DNA of 46,069 nucleotides from the NCBI GenBank assembly GCA_046092145.1, contig JBJTDB010000069.1, positions 1 through 46,069 of the forward strand, written 5' to 3'. The first letter of the stretch is position 1, and each line of letters begins with the position of its first letter. Of the stretch, positions 1 to 9,605 are shown in pieces. The notes under the pieces were generated by a model. It worked only from the letters and a program-made list of their open reading frames with translations. It was not told the DNA's origin and did not search any database. Source of the stretch: Planctomycetia bacterium (lineage in GTDB: Bacteria > Planctomycetota > Planctomycetia > Pirellulales > UBA1268). Position numbers and translations under genes: made by a program.

Positions 1-1
1 G

Positions 2-118
2 GCCGACATCTCGACCGAGTCTGGCGATGATGGCTCGGTGGTGGTGAAGTGGCGGTTTCGTGAGCCGCTCCCGGCCGGCGGCAGTGGCTTCGTACGGTTT
101 CGGACGCTCGTGCGGTAG
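2..118 (+). CDS. 3' end of a gene truncated by the window edge; probable DUF11/OmcB-like repeat protein C-terminus
   Basis: Frame 2 reads ADISTESGDDGSVVVKWRFREPLPAGGSGFVRFRTLVR* (TAG 116-118), resembling the 'W....PL.PG..G..RF...VR' end of DUF11 domains. Not in the ORF track. Confidence 0.55.
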   Translation, partial: ADISTESGDDGSVVVKWRFREPLPAGGSGFVRFRTLVR

Positions 119-128
119 CTTCACGAAA

Positions 129-317
129 AGCTCGGCATCCTGCCCTCGCTTTTCTTGGCGACCATCCGATCGCACTCGAGGGCCCGCCATCCAGGCGGGC
201 AGTCGTCCGAGGCGCAAGCACGTCCTGATTCAGACAGCTCGGCATCCTGCCCTCGCTTTTCTTGGCGACCATCCGGTCGCACTCGAGGGCCCACCCTCCA
301 GGCGGGCCCTCGTCCGA
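129..317 (+). repeat. Two ~82-bp direct repeats (129-210, 236-317), each with three CATCC-loop hairpins (REP/BIME-like, family A)
   Basis: agctcggcatcctgccctcgcttttcttggcgaccatccg(a/g)tcgcactcgagggccc(g/a)cc(a/c)tccaggcgggc..tcgtccga repeats with a 107-bp period. Stems: ggCATCCtgcc, gcgacCATCCggtcgc, gcccgcCATCCaggcgggc. Confidence 0.9.
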
Positions 318-433
318 CATGCTGTGCCTATATTCCTCCGTTGCAGGGAGCGGCGCACCGGGGGTAGATTTTCCGAATCGACGGCGGGTGCTGTCGCTCT
401 CCCTGACCCCCCTTCCCCTGCTCCGAGGCTGTC

Positions 434-1612
434 ATGTCGTCGTCGAACCGGTTCGGTCTCCCTCGTCTTTCAGTGGTCCTCGCCGGGATTGTGTGCGGAA
501 TGGCCTCGGTCGGCATCTCGCCCGCCGTCGCGCAGCCGGGGGCGGTCGCCGAACCGGCGGCCGATGCACTCAAGGTGCCGCCGCTTCCCAAGGGCACGCC
601 CGCCGAACTGATGCAGTTCGTCGAGGGCCTGCGAGCCGCAGACGTCAAGCCAAAGTCACGGCCGGAGATGATGCAGGAGAGGAAGGAGGTCTCGACGGTC
701 ACCATCGAGGCGGCCAACGCGATCCTGTCGCAGGTGAAGCAGAACGATCCGCTCCATGGCCGCGCGGCGATGATGAAGCTCGAAAGCCTCATGATGCTTG
801 GCCGACTCGGCGACGAGGCCGCCGCCAAGGAGATGGCCACGTTCGCCACATCACTGGTCAACAGCCCTGATGCCGAACTCGCCCGTGAGGCGCAGCGGCT
901 GGTGCTCGTCTCCGATGCCCAGAAGCTCTTCGCCAATGGCAGCGCGGCCGGGGGCGAGGCGTTGGTGCAGAAGACGGCCGCCATGCTCGCCGCCGATCCC
1001 GACGACATGAAGACGGCCGGCCTCGCGATGCAGCTCGCCCAGGCCTTCGAGCAACTGCCCGACGGAGAGCCGGTCGCTGTCGCCGCCTACAAGGCGTTCG
1101 GCCCCCTCTTCGCCTCCAGCGGCAACGAGCGGATCAAGCAGATGGGAGAGAGCTTTGCCGGCACGCTCCGGCGGCTCTCGCTGCCAGGCAACTCCATGGA
1201 GATCAAGGGCACGCTCCTGAGCGGCAAACCTTTCGACCAGAAGACGCTCGCCGGAAAGGTGGTGCTCGTCGACTTCTGGGCGACCTGGTGCGGACCGTGC
1301 GTGGCTGAAATACCGAACGTGATGGAGCAGTACGAGAAGTACCACGACAAGGGCTTCGAGGTGGTCGGCATCAGCCTCGACGAGGACCGCGAATCGCTCC
1401 AGAAGTTCGTCGAAGATCGCAAGGTCCCGTGGCCGATCCTCTTCGAGCAGTCGGAGGGGAACGGATGGCAGCATCCCATGGCCACCTACTACGGCATCAG
1501 CGGCATCCCGACCGTGATCCTCATCGGCCGCGACGGCAAGGTGATCACGCTCAACGCCCGCGGTGAGAAGCTGGGCGAGGAACTGTCGAAGCTCTTTCCC
1601 AATGCCGGCTGA
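434..1612 (+). CDS. Exported TlpA/ResA-family thiol-disulfide oxidoreductase with N-terminal helical domain
   Basis: Signal peptide ending ...PAVAQP; C-terminal GKVVLVDFWATWCGPC and the cis-Pro motif GIPTVILIGRDGKV. Confidence 0.9.
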   Translation: MSSSNRFGLPRLSVVLAGIVCGMASVGISPAVAQPGAVAEPAADALKVPPLPKGTPAELMQFVEGLRAADVKPKSRPEMMQERKEVSTVTIEAANAILSQVKQNDPLHGRAAMMKLESLMMLGRLGDEAAAKEMATFATSLVNSPDAELAREAQRLVLVSDAQKLFANGSAAGGEALVQKTAAMLAADPDDMKTAGLAMQLAQAFEQLPDGEPVAVAAYKAFGPLFASSGNERIKQMGESFAGTLRRLSLPGNSMEIKGTLLSGKPFDQKTLAGKVVLVDFWATWCGPCVAEIPNVMEQYEKYHDKGFEVVGISLDEDRESLQKFVEDRKVPWPILFEQSEGNGWQHPMATYYGISGIPTVILIGRDGKVITLNARGEKLGEELSKLFPNAG

Positions 1613-2735
1613 TCGACATCATCGAAGCCCGGTTTCGAAGCGGGCCGGGGCATTCGACTCGTCCGGCATCCGGAAGGTCTTCGACCTGGCCGCGCGGCTC
1701 GACGATCCGGTGAACCTCTCGATCGGGCAGCCCGACTTCGCCATGCCCGGCCCGGCTCGCGACGCGGCGAAGCAGGCGATCGACGCTGGAAGGAACGGAT
1801 ACACGCCCACCCAGGGCATCGCCCCGCTCCGCGAACGGCTTGAGGCCGATGCCCGTCGCGAGACCGGCCAGTCCGACCGCCGGCTCTGTATCACCAGTGG
1901 CTCCAGCGGCGGCCTCGTGCTGGCCCTCATGGCGATGCTCGATCCCGGCGATGAAGTGATCCTCTTCGAGCCGGCGTTCGTCATGTATCGCCCGCTGGTG
2001 GAGTTCCTCGGCGGACGGTGCGTGGTGATCGATACGGCGCCATCGTTTCGCATCGACATCGATCGTGTCGCAGCCGCGATCACGCCCCGCACGAAGGCGA
2101 TCCTGCTCAATACGCCTGCCAATCCGACCGGCGTCGTCGCCGATGCGTCCACGGTTCGTGAGCTGGCCCGGGTGGCCGACGCCTCCGATGTCACGCTGAT
2201 CAGCGACGAGCTCTACCGGTCCTATTGCTACGACGCCCCCTTCGCCTCCCCGGCCCTCTCCTCCGAACGCGTGGTCGTCATCGACGGCTTTTCAAAGTCC
2301 CATGCGATGACCGGCTGGCGGGTGGGCTGGATTCACGGACCGCGCGAGCTGATCGACACCTGCACGATGCTGCAGCAATACACCTTCGTCTGCGCCCCGC
2401 AGGTGGGCCAGTGGGCGGCGTTGGCGGCCCTCGATGCCCCGATGGACGTGCCGCTGGAAGAGTGCCGAAGAAAGCGGGACAGGCTCATGGCGGGGCTCCG
2501 TGACCGCTTCCGATTCGTGCAGCCGGGCGGTGCCTTCTACCTCTATCCTGAAGCTCCTGGCGGCTCCGGGGCCGCCTTCGCGGCGCGGGCCGTTGAACTC
2601 GAGAAACTACTGGTCGTGCCTGGAAACGTGTTCGGGGCCGCCGACACCCATTTCCGGATCGCCTACACCGTCACTGATGCCATGCTCGAGCGAGGCATCA
2701 CGGCCCTCAACCGCGTCGCCGCGTCGTTCGAGTGA
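1602..2735 (+). CDS. PLP-dependent aminotransferase class I/II (aspartate aminotransferase-like)
   Basis: NLSIGQPDF, YTPTQGI, NTPANPTG, SDELY, GFSKSHAMTGWRVG (PLP lysine). ATG 1602 overlaps the upstream stop by 11 nt. Confidence 0.92.
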   Translation: MPADRHHRSPVSKRAGAFDSSGIRKVFDLAARLDDPVNLSIGQPDFAMPGPARDAAKQAIDAGRNGYTPTQGIAPLRERLEADARRETGQSDRRLCITSGSSGGLVLALMAMLDPGDEVILFEPAFVMYRPLVEFLGGRCVVIDTAPSFRIDIDRVAAAITPRTKAILLNTPANPTGVVADASTVRELARVADASDVTLISDELYRSYCYDAPFASPALSSERVVVIDGFSKSHAMTGWRVGWIHGPRELIDTCTMLQQYTFVCAPQVGQWAALAALDAPMDVPLEECRRKRDRLMAGLRDRFRFVQPGGAFYLYPEAPGGSGAAFAARAVELEKLLVVPGNVFGAADTHFRIAYTVTDAMLERGITALNRVAASFE

Positions 2736-2775
2736 CTCGTTCGACGAAGGTGGGACGGCGTCCTCGGGGCCTGCG

Positions 2776-4065
2776 TCAGGCACTCTTGGGGCGAGCTTCG
2801 CGAACTGGCAGGACGGTCTCGGTGCCTTCGGCGGCCGCCTCGGTGATCACGTAGGTGCTTCCCTGGTTCTCGGGGAGCGAGAACATCAGATCGAGCATGA
2901 TGTCCTCCATAATTGCCCGCAGCCCGCGGGCGCCCGTGTCCTTCTTCATCGCCTTGCGGGCGATGGCATGGAGGGCGCCATCGGTGAATTCGAGCGTGCA
3001 GTCCTCCATGCTGAAGAGCTTCTGGTATTGCTTCACCAGGGCGTTCTTCGGATCACGGAGCACCTGCACCAGGGCCTTTTCGTCGAGCGGCTGTAGCGCC
3101 GAGATGACGGGGAGGCGGCCGATCAGTTCGGGGATCAGGCCGAATTCGAGGATGTCGTCGGAATCGACTTCCGGGAGCAGTTCGGCGAGGCCCGCGTCGG
3201 CCCGATGCCCGGCCGGCTGGCCGAAGCCGATCGTCTTCTTGCCGAGCCGCTGGCCGATGATCTTCTCGATCCCGACGAACGTGCCGCCGCAGATGAAGAG
3301 GATGTTGGAGGTGTCGAGCTGGATGTATTGCTGCTCGGGATGCTTCCGGCCTCCCTGCGGAGGCACGTTGGCGACGGTGCCCTCGAGCATCTTGAGCAGT
3401 GCCTGCTGCACCCCCTCGCCGGAGACGTCGCGGGTGATCGACACGTTCTGGCTCGTCTTGCCGATCTTGTCGAGCTCGTCGATGTAGAGGATGCCCCGTT
3501 GGGCGGCCTCGATGTCGAAGTCGGCGGCGTTGAGCAGTTTCAACAGCAGGTTCTCGACGTCTTCACCCACGTAGCCGGCCTCGGTGAGGGTGGTGGCGTC
3601 GCCGATGGCGAACGGAACGTCGAGGATTTTCGCGAGCGTGCGGGCCAGCAGCGTCTTGCCGCAGCCCGTCGGTCCGAGGAGGAGAATGTTCGACTTCTCT
3701 ACCTCGACGTCGGAGGTGTCGCCGGCGATGGAAAGACGCTTGTAGTGGCTATGGACCGCGACCGCGAGCACCCGCTTGGCGTGATCCTGCCCGATGACGT
3801 ATTGGTCGAGATGCGAGACGATCTCGCGGGGTGACGGGATCGCCGTGAAGAGCTGTTTGCTCGTGCCGCGGCGTCGCTTCTCCTGATCGAGAATCGATTG
3901 GCACAGTTCGATGCACTCGCCGCAGATGTAGACGTCGCCAGGGCCTTCGACGAGCGGGCCGACGTCGCGGTAGCTCTTGCGACAGAACGAGCAGAAGGCG
4001 TTCTTCTTGGTCGTGCCACCGGCGCCACGCCGCCCGATGTTGCCCACGTCTTTCCCAGATGGCAT
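2776..4065 (-). CDS. clpX: ATP-dependent Clp protease ATP-binding subunit ClpX
   Basis: C4 zinc finger CSFC...CGEC, Walker [13 protein letters not shown] pore loop, [17 protein letters not shown] loop, TGARGLR. Confidence 0.98.
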   Translation of the reverse strand: MPSGKDVGNIGRRGAGGTTKKNAFCSFCRKSYRDVGPLVEGPGDVYICGECIELCQSILDQEKRRRGTSKQLFTAIPSPREIVSHLDQYVIGQDHAKRVLAVAVHSHYKRLSIAGDTSDVEVEKSNILLLGPTGCGKTLLARTLAKILDVPFAIGDATTLTEAGYVGEDVENLLLKLLNAADFDIEAAQRGILYIDELDKIGKTSQNVSITRDVSGEGVQQALLKMLEGTVANVPPQGGRKHPEQQYIQLDTSNILFICGGTFVGIEKIIGQRLGKKTIGFGQPAGHRADAGLAELLPEVDSDDILEFGLIPELIGRLPVISALQPLDEKALVQVLRDPKNALVKQYQKLFSMEDCTLEFTDGALHAIARKAMKKDTGARGLRAIMEDIMLDLMFSLPENQGSTYVITEAAAEGTETVLPVREARPKSA

Positions 4066-4373
4066 CAGTTCGTTTCCTCGGTTGGTTCGACGGGGTCGTT
4101 CCCGGTGGATCGCTCGGCCGCGGACGTCACCGTCCGCGAGGGTGCCATCGGCATCGACTGCACGTGGGGTTCAACAAGCGTTCGGATTTTTCGGTATTCC
4201 TCGTCACTGAGCATCCCGCGATCGCGAAGATCCTTGTATCCGGCCAGCGCCGTTTCCCAATCGCCATGATCGTCAGGGCCCCCCTGCCACCACGACCGGA
4301 TCTTTACGATCACCGCCACCCCGGCGGCCACGAGGACCCCGAGCAGGAGGCTGCTGAGCAGGAAGGATTGCAC
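4065..4373 (-). CDS. Small membrane protein with one N-terminal TM helix and a SHOCT-like segment, translationally coupled to clpX
   Basis: C-terminal part of ORF 4065..5066: hydrophobic [22 protein letters not shown], then [19 protein letters not shown]. Its stop overlaps the clpX ATG by 1 nt. GTG start at 4373 is inferred. Confidence 0.7.
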   Translation of the reverse strand: MQSFLLSSLLLGVLVAAGVAVIVKIRSWWQGGPDDHGDWETALAGYKDLRDRGMLSDEEYRKIRTLVEPHVQSMPMAPSRTVTSAAERSTGNDPVEPTEETN

Positions 4374-4626
4374 GTTTGTTCCGTGCCGCTGGCCCGTTGG
4401 CCGGCGGCGATCCATATCGTCACGGGGCCTTCCGACAATCAATCCATCGCTGTCGGAGTCCGAAAGTATGGCAGGGCCGGGGGCCACGGGTCCAGAAAGA
4501 TTTTGCAGTTTGCCCAGGCGGAACGAGCCTTGGATTGCGGGGCCGTTCTGCCTCGGAACCGCGTAGCGACGGGCAAAGTCTGCGGTTTCTGCGGAAAAAC
4601 CGCCGATTCCCCCCGGTCGGTGGCCG

Positions 4627-6300
4627 ATGGAACCGCGTATGAGAACTGTGGGAGTGATGCTCGTGCTCGCGACGATGGGTCTTCTCGGCCCGGCCGCAGG
4701 GGCTGCGCCGTCCGATCCTCCGGTCGATGCCCGGCTGCCCGAAGTCGTTCGCACGAAGCAGAACGTGTTCATGATCCCCTTCCGGCTGCCGGAGACGCGC
4801 GAGGCCGATGCCGCGGCCCGCCGCGTGGTGCTGCAGGTATCGACCGATCTCGGATCGACCTGGAACCCGGCCGGCGAGGTCGCGCCCGCGGCCGGGTCGT
4901 TCACGTTTCGCGCTGAACGGGATGGGGAGTATTGGTTTCGGATTCGTGCGATCGATGCCAAGGGACGGTCACGAGGCGGCTCAGGACCCGACATGCGTGT
5001 GGTGGTGGATGCGGCGGGGCCGCGGCTCGCCGCCCGCGTATGGAAAGGGGGCGATGGGGAAATCATCTGCCGCTATGCGGCAACGGACGATTCCCTCCGG
5101 CTCGACTCGCTGAAGGTGGAGTATCGAAGCAAGGAAGAGCCTGGCTGGAAGCCGATCGCGACCGAAGGAATCCTCTGCCGCGAAGTGCCGGCCCACATGA
5201 TCGGTGAAGACATCTGGTGGGCCGGCGAGAAGGCCGAGTCGGTGGTCGTCCGAATTTCGATCGCCGATGCCTCGGGCAACCAGACCGTGCGGCAGTTCAC
5301 GCTCGAGCCATCCGACCCGCGGGTCGATCAGGCATCTCTTGCGCGGGAACTCGGCGTCCCGCCGTTGCCGACCCGCGACGTGGCGGCCGATCCATCGTCC
5401 GGCCCCGCCTCGCCTCACCCCGCATTGTCTGCGGCCCCCCCTTCCCCGACGCCAGCCGGCGGATGGGCTTCAGAGCCTGCGACCGGATGGGCAGCCGACC
5501 GACCGACAGGATCGGCCGCACCCCCGGGGCATGCAGCCAGCGGGAGCGTGAATCGTTTTGTCTCCCGTGATCCCGTCGCCGCGTCGGGGTCGCATGCTGA
5601 AACCTGGGCCTCGGCTGCTGCGTCGGGCGGGCAGTCCGTGCAGTATCGCGGACGACCACTCCAGGTTTCCCGGTCGCGACGGTTTGCGTGGGACTATGAT
5701 TTCGAGCGGGATCGGGCGGATGGTCGCCCGGTGCGGGTCGAACTGTGGAGTACCCGGGACAGCGGCGCGAGTTGGCAGCGGACGGCGATCGACACCGACG
5801 GCACGAGCCCGATCGATGTCTCGCTTCCAGCCGCCGGTCTCTATGGATTCCGACTGGAAATCCTTCCAGCCGGGCAGGATTCCGGAAGTGGGCCTCGATC
5901 GGGTGATGCTCCGGAGACATGGGTGGCGATCGACGACGAGCCACCGCAGGTCGAGGTCGGTGACGCGGGCTCCGAGGAGCCTGGCGTCGTTCAGATCCGC
6001 TATGCATGCCGCGATCATTTGCTCGCCCCACGGAGCGTGAAAATCTCGTTCTCACCGCATGCCACGGGGCCCTGGTCGACGATTGCCACGGGACTCGACG
6101 GCGAAGGCGTGCATCGCTGGCAGCCCGATCGCACAGCCCCTCCGCGAGTGTTCGTCCGTGTCGAAGCGACGGACGTTGCCGGAAACATCGGCCAGGCCGT
6201 GACGCCCGAGCCGATTGTGCTCGCGGGGGCCCGCGTCGTCGGGCGGCTCGGAGGCCTGCGCGAACTGCCTTCGGAACCCAAGGCACCCACGGCGCCCTGA
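4627..6300 (+). CDS. Secreted hypothetical protein with a duplicated Ig/FN3-like beta-sandwich module and Pro/Ala/Ser linker
   Basis: Signal peptide (alternative start 4639). Internal duplication: STDLGSTW/TRDSGASW, DGEYWF/AGLYGF, VVDAAGP/AIDDEPP, ADASGN/TDVAGN. Confidence 0.8.
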   Translation: MEPRMRTVGVMLVLATMGLLGPAAGAAPSDPPVDARLPEVVRTKQNVFMIPFRLPETREADAAARRVVLQVSTDLGSTWNPAGEVAPAAGSFTFRAERDGEYWFRIRAIDAKGRSRGGSGPDMRVVVDAAGPRLAARVWKGGDGEIICRYAATDDSLRLDSLKVEYRSKEEPGWKPIATEGILCREVPAHMIGEDIWWAGEKAESVVVRISIADASGNQTVRQFTLEPSDPRVDQASLARELGVPPLPTRDVAADPSSGPASPHPALSAAPPSPTPAGGWASEPATGWAADRPTGSAAPPGHAASGSVNRFVSRDPVAASGSHAETWASAAASGGQSVQYRGRPLQVSRSRRFAWDYDFERDRADGRPVRVELWSTRDSGASWQRTAIDTDGTSPIDVSLPAAGLYGFRLEILPAGQDSGSGPRSGDAPETWVAIDDEPPQVEVGDAGSEEPGVVQIRYACRDHLLAPRSVKISFSPHATGPWSTIATGLDGEGVHRWQPDRTAPPRVFVRVEATDVAGNIGQAVTPEPIVLAGARVVGRLGGLRELPSEPKAPTAP

Positions 6301-6307
6301 CGCTGCT

Positions 6308-6332
6308 GCGGCTCGGGGCTGCCCCTCGCGGA
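6308..6332 (+). repeat. Collapsed (ends-only) copy of repeat family B
   Basis: 6308-6324 gcggctcggggctgccc equals 42194-42210; 6321-6332 gcccctcgcgga equals 42328-42339. Confidence 0.65.
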
Positions 6333-6371
6333 TCGAGGGGAGCGGGTAGACTGTGGTCGCCCGCAGGAGCG

Positions 6372-7490
6372 ATGCCCGTGTCCGAGCGTTTGAATGCTCT
6401 CGATCTTCTCGTTCACAACGTGGCGCTCTCGGCCGACGTGCCGTCGCTGGTCGTCATGGTGGGCGACGAGCAGTTTCTCTCGCTCTCCATCCTCGCGATG
6501 CTCCGCGATGTGCTCTGCCCCGACGAGGCCGATCGAGCGTGGGCATGGCGGGAGTTCTCGGGGGCCGACGAACTCGATCCGCGGGATGTCTTCGACGAGG
6601 CGGCGACGGTGCCGCTCTTCGCCGGGGCCACGCGGGCGGCGGTGGTGCGGGATGCCGATGCCTTCGTGACGGCCGCGCGCGAGCGGCTCGAAACGCTCGT
6701 GCAGAGCCGGCGAGGATCGCGGGGGGTCGTGATCCTCGATGTCCGCACTTTTCCGTCGAATACCAGGCTGGCGAAGGCGGCGGCCAAGGACGGCCTCGTG
6801 ATCGACGTCTCGACTCCGCAGAAATACGACCTCGCCGGATGGGTGCGGAAATGGGCGAAGATCCGATATGCCGCCGACCTCGCGGCCGCGAGCGCGCAGC
6901 GATTGCTCGAACGACTCGGCGGAAGCCTCGGACAGGTCGATCAGGCGCTTCAGCGGCTGGCGGCAGCCACCGATCCGGCCGCGAAGAAAAAGACGATTCC
7001 GCCGGAAGCGATCGACGACATCGCGGGCTCGCCACAGGAACGGACGGCCTGGGGCATGATCGACGCGGCGGCGGATGGCCGTACGGCCCAGGCGATCGCG
7101 AACCTCGCGGACCTGATCGAGGGGGGCGAAAATCCGATCGGCATCGGAGCCCAGATGGGGAGCGTGCTGCGGCGGCTTTCGACGGCGGCGCGGCTCCTCT
7201 CGCTGCCGCCCGCCGAAGGACGTCCCCCAAACGTCGATGCGGCGCTCCGCGAGGCGGGCGTGGCGGCCTGGCCGAAGGCGATGATCCAGGCGAAGGAATC
7301 GCTCGTGCACCTGGGGCCGCAGCGGGCCCGGCGGCTGCCTGTGTGGCTGCTCGAACTCGATGGCAGCCTCAAGGGCGAGGCCAGCCGGGGTCTGAGAGCG
7401 AGGCTGGCCTTGGAGCGATTCTTCTGCAAGATGAGCGGCCCCGCCACGCCCGGGAGACCGGCGGCGAAGAAGCCAGGAGGCCGTTCGTGA
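6372..7490 (+). CDS. holA: DNA polymerase III subunit delta
   Basis: VVMVGDEQFL, TVPLFAG...AAVVRDAD, FPSNTRLAK, LLELDGSLKG. AGGAG RBS before ATG 6372; TAGACT -10 at 6347-6352. Confidence 0.85.
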   Translation: MPVSERLNALDLLVHNVALSADVPSLVVMVGDEQFLSLSILAMLRDVLCPDEADRAWAWREFSGADELDPRDVFDEAATVPLFAGATRAAVVRDADAFVTAARERLETLVQSRRGSRGVVILDVRTFPSNTRLAKAAAKDGLVIDVSTPQKYDLAGWVRKWAKIRYAADLAAASAQRLLERLGGSLGQVDQALQRLAAATDPAAKKKTIPPEAIDDIAGSPQERTAWGMIDAAADGRTAQAIANLADLIEGGENPIGIGAQMGSVLRRLSTAARLLSLPPAEGRPPNVDAALREAGVAAWPKAMIQAKESLVHLGPQRARRLPVWLLELDGSLKGEASRGLRARLALERFFCKMSGPATPGRPAAKKPGGRS

Positions 7491-8929
7491 ACACCGACCA
7501 GTCGATCGACGCCCGCGACCTGTGGGACAATCCTCTCGCCTCCCGCTACGCATCCTCGGAAATGACGAGGCTCTGGAGCGACAACAACCGGTATCGACTC
7601 TGGCGGCAGGCATGGCTGGCCTTGGCCGAGGCCGAGGCCGAGCTCGGCCTGCCGATCACGCCGGCGCAACTGGCCGCGATGCGTGCCGCCCTCGAGCCGA
7701 TCGATTTCGCGAAGGCGGCCGCCTACGAGAAGCGGATGCGGCATGATGTCTTCGCGCATCTGCATGCCTTCGGCGATGCCTGCCCGCAGGCCAAGCCGAT
7801 CCTGCATCTGGGCGCCACGAGTGCCTATGTCACCGACAACACCGATTTGATCCTGATGCGGGAGTCGCTCGGCCTGGTGGCCGCCCGGCTTGCCACCGTG
7901 ATCGAACGGCTGGCGGCCCGGGCCCTCGAGACCCGCGACCTCGTCTGCCTTGGCCGCACCCATCTGCAGCCGGCCCAGCCGACGACGATCGGCAAGCGGA
8001 TCTGCCTGTGGATCCACGACCTCGTGCTCGACCTCCACGAGGTGCTCCATCGCCGGGCCACGCTCAAGGCCCGCGGCGTGAAGGGAACGACCGGCACGCA
8101 GGCCAGTTTTCTCGAACTCTTCGATGGAGATCACGCCAAGGTCCGCCGGCTCGACGATCTCGTCTCCAGGAAACTCGGCTTCGATGCCTCGTATGCCGTC
8201 TCGGGGCAGACCTACACCCGAAAGGTCGATTCGCAGGTGGTGGCGGTGCTGGCCGGCATCTCGGAATCGACACACAAGGCGGGTAACGATCTGCGGCTCG
8301 CGGCGGCCTGGGGCGAGATGGAGGAGCCCTTCGAGACGGAGCAGGTCGGCTCCTCGGCGATGCCCTACAAGCGCAACCCGATGCGGGCGGAGCGGATGTG
8401 CGGCCTGGCCCGGTTCGTGATGGGCCTGCTGACGACGACGGAGCAGACCGCCGCCACGCAGTGGTTTGAGCGGACCCTCGACGACTCGGCCCCCCGTCGG
8501 CTCGTGCTGCCGCAGGCATTCCTTGCGACCGACGCACAATTGGTGCTCTTCGCCAACATCGCGGGCGGGCTCGTCGTGGTGCCAGGGGCGATCCGTCGCA
8601 CCCTCGAGCAGTATCTTCCCTTCCTCGCAAGCGAGCGGATTCTTATGGAGGGCACGAAGGCGGGGGGCGACCGGCAGGATCTGCACGAGGCGATCCGTCG
8701 CCACAGCCATGCGGCCACGGCGCGGATCCGGGAGGGCTATGACAACGACCTCGCAGAGCGGCTCGCCGACGACCCGCTCTTCGCGGGCATCGACTTGGCG
8801 GCGGCCATGGAGGTTCACGGCCTCGCGGGCCGTGCCGCGGCGCAGGTCGATGAGTTCATCGCGGGCCCCGTGGCCGAGGCCCTGAAGGCCTGCCCGCACC
8901 GCGCCGGCGAATCGGACCTGCGTGTGTGA
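7487..8929 (+). CDS. purB: Adenylosuccinate lyase
   Basis: PLASRYAS, RHDVFAH, LHLGATS, GRTHLQPAQPTT, fumarase-family signature GSSAMPYKRNP. GTG start overlaps the holA TGA; AGGAGG RBS. Confidence 0.97.
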   Translation: MNTDQSIDARDLWDNPLASRYASSEMTRLWSDNNRYRLWRQAWLALAEAEAELGLPITPAQLAAMRAALEPIDFAKAAAYEKRMRHDVFAHLHAFGDACPQAKPILHLGATSAYVTDNTDLILMRESLGLVAARLATVIERLAARALETRDLVCLGRTHLQPAQPTTIGKRICLWIHDLVLDLHEVLHRRATLKARGVKGTTGTQASFLELFDGDHAKVRRLDDLVSRKLGFDASYAVSGQTYTRKVDSQVVAVLAGISESTHKAGNDLRLAAAWGEMEEPFETEQVGSSAMPYKRNPMRAERMCGLARFVMGLLTTTEQTAATQWFERTLDDSAPRRLVLPQAFLATDAQLVLFANIAGGLVVVPGAIRRTLEQYLPFLASERILMEGTKAGGDRQDLHEAIRRHSHAATARIREGYDNDLAERLADDPLFAGIDLAAAMEVHGLAGRAAAQVDEFIAGPVAEALKACPHRAGESDLRV

Positions 8930-8937
8930 GGATGACA

Positions 8938-9029
8938 GGCCCGCCTGGATGGCGGGCCCAAGGCCGCAGCGACCAGCAGTCGCGAAGGCCCAAGGCCGCG
9001 GTGGCCATGGATGGCACCGCGGACGTGAA
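8938..9029. repeat. Three-hairpin repeat, family A, between convergent purB and fur
   Basis: ggcccgcctGGATGgcgggcc / gcgaccagcagtcgc / ccgcggtggccatGGATGgcaccgcgg. Near-identical to 9764-9856; first hairpin is the reverse complement of the one at ~181-200. Confidence 0.88.
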
Positions 9030-9030
9030 A

Positions 9031-9534
9031 CTAGACGCGGTCTTGATGCCGTGACGTGCTGCGGGTCTTGCAGCAGTCGGCGCACAGCCCTGAGACGATG
9101 AGCCGGTGGCCCTGGGCCCGGAAACGATGGCTTCCGGCGACATGGGCGCAGATTCGGGCGACCTCGTCGCTGGTGAACTCGATGAGTTTCTGGCACGACG
9201 TGCAGTGGAGGTGATCGTGCTGGGGATAGCCGTAGTCGTGCTCGTAGACGCGACGCCCTCCGAGCACCATCTCCTTGAGCAGCCCGGCCGCGACCATTTC
9301 GCTGAGCGTCCGGTAGACGGTGGGGCGGCTCGCCTTGGCTCCTTCGGGCGTCCTTCGCAGCCCGTCGAGCAATTGCTCGGCGTCGAAGTGCTCATGGTGG
9401 CTGGAGATGTGATCGACGATCACCTGCCGCTGTCGGGTGATTCTTTTTCCGCGTGCCTGGAGGAATTCCTCAAACCGCTCCCGCGGCGTCATCGCGGTGG
9501 TCACTTTGCCGAGCGGAAAATCTGCAACAGCCAT
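9031..9534 (-). CDS. fur: Fur-family transcriptional regulator (Fur/Zur/PerR type)
   Basis: GKRITRQR, HFDAEQL, SRPTVYRTL, HDHLHCTSC, GLCADC. GGAGG RBS upstream of ATG 9534; TACAAT -10 at 9556-9561 (minus). Metal specificity cannot be determined here. Confidence 0.9.
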   Translation of the reverse strand: MAVADFPLGKVTTAMTPRERFEEFLQARGKRITRQRQVIVDHISSHHEHFDAEQLLDGLRRTPEGAKASRPTVYRTLSEMVAAGLLKEMVLGGRRVYEHDYGYPQHDHLHCTSCQKLIEFTSDEVARICAHVAGSHRFRAQGHRLIVSGLCADCCKTRSTSRHQDRV

Positions 9535-9605
9535 GCGGATGCGTCCTCCGCACTGATTGTAGCGTCCCGCAGAATCCACCGTTGGGCCGGAGTTTCGACG
9601 AACTC

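Noticed and set aside
129-317. CRISPR array
   Set aside because: Only two 82-bp repeats with one 25-bp gap, multi-hairpin structure, related copies elsewhere and no cas genes.
4560-4626. c-di-GMP-I riboswitch or sigma-28 promoter upstream of 4627
   Set aside because: GGCAAA is present without the GNRA/receptor and GCAAAG arrangement; GCCGAT boxes lack a TCAAG at 14-17 nt.
6006-7486. N-terminal extensions of holA, purB, glyQS, comB, ubiE, ubiA and the kinases in the ORF track
   Set aside because: They overlap neighbouring genes; downstream starts with an RBS or stop/start overlap fit family lengths better.
6950-9196. Long antisense/alternate-frame ORFs (also 21571-23982, 26423-28549, 13598-15292, 20112-21464, 30694-32313)
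   Set aside because: Shadow ORFs over well-supported genes; expected from high-GC codon bias, and they show no protein motifs.
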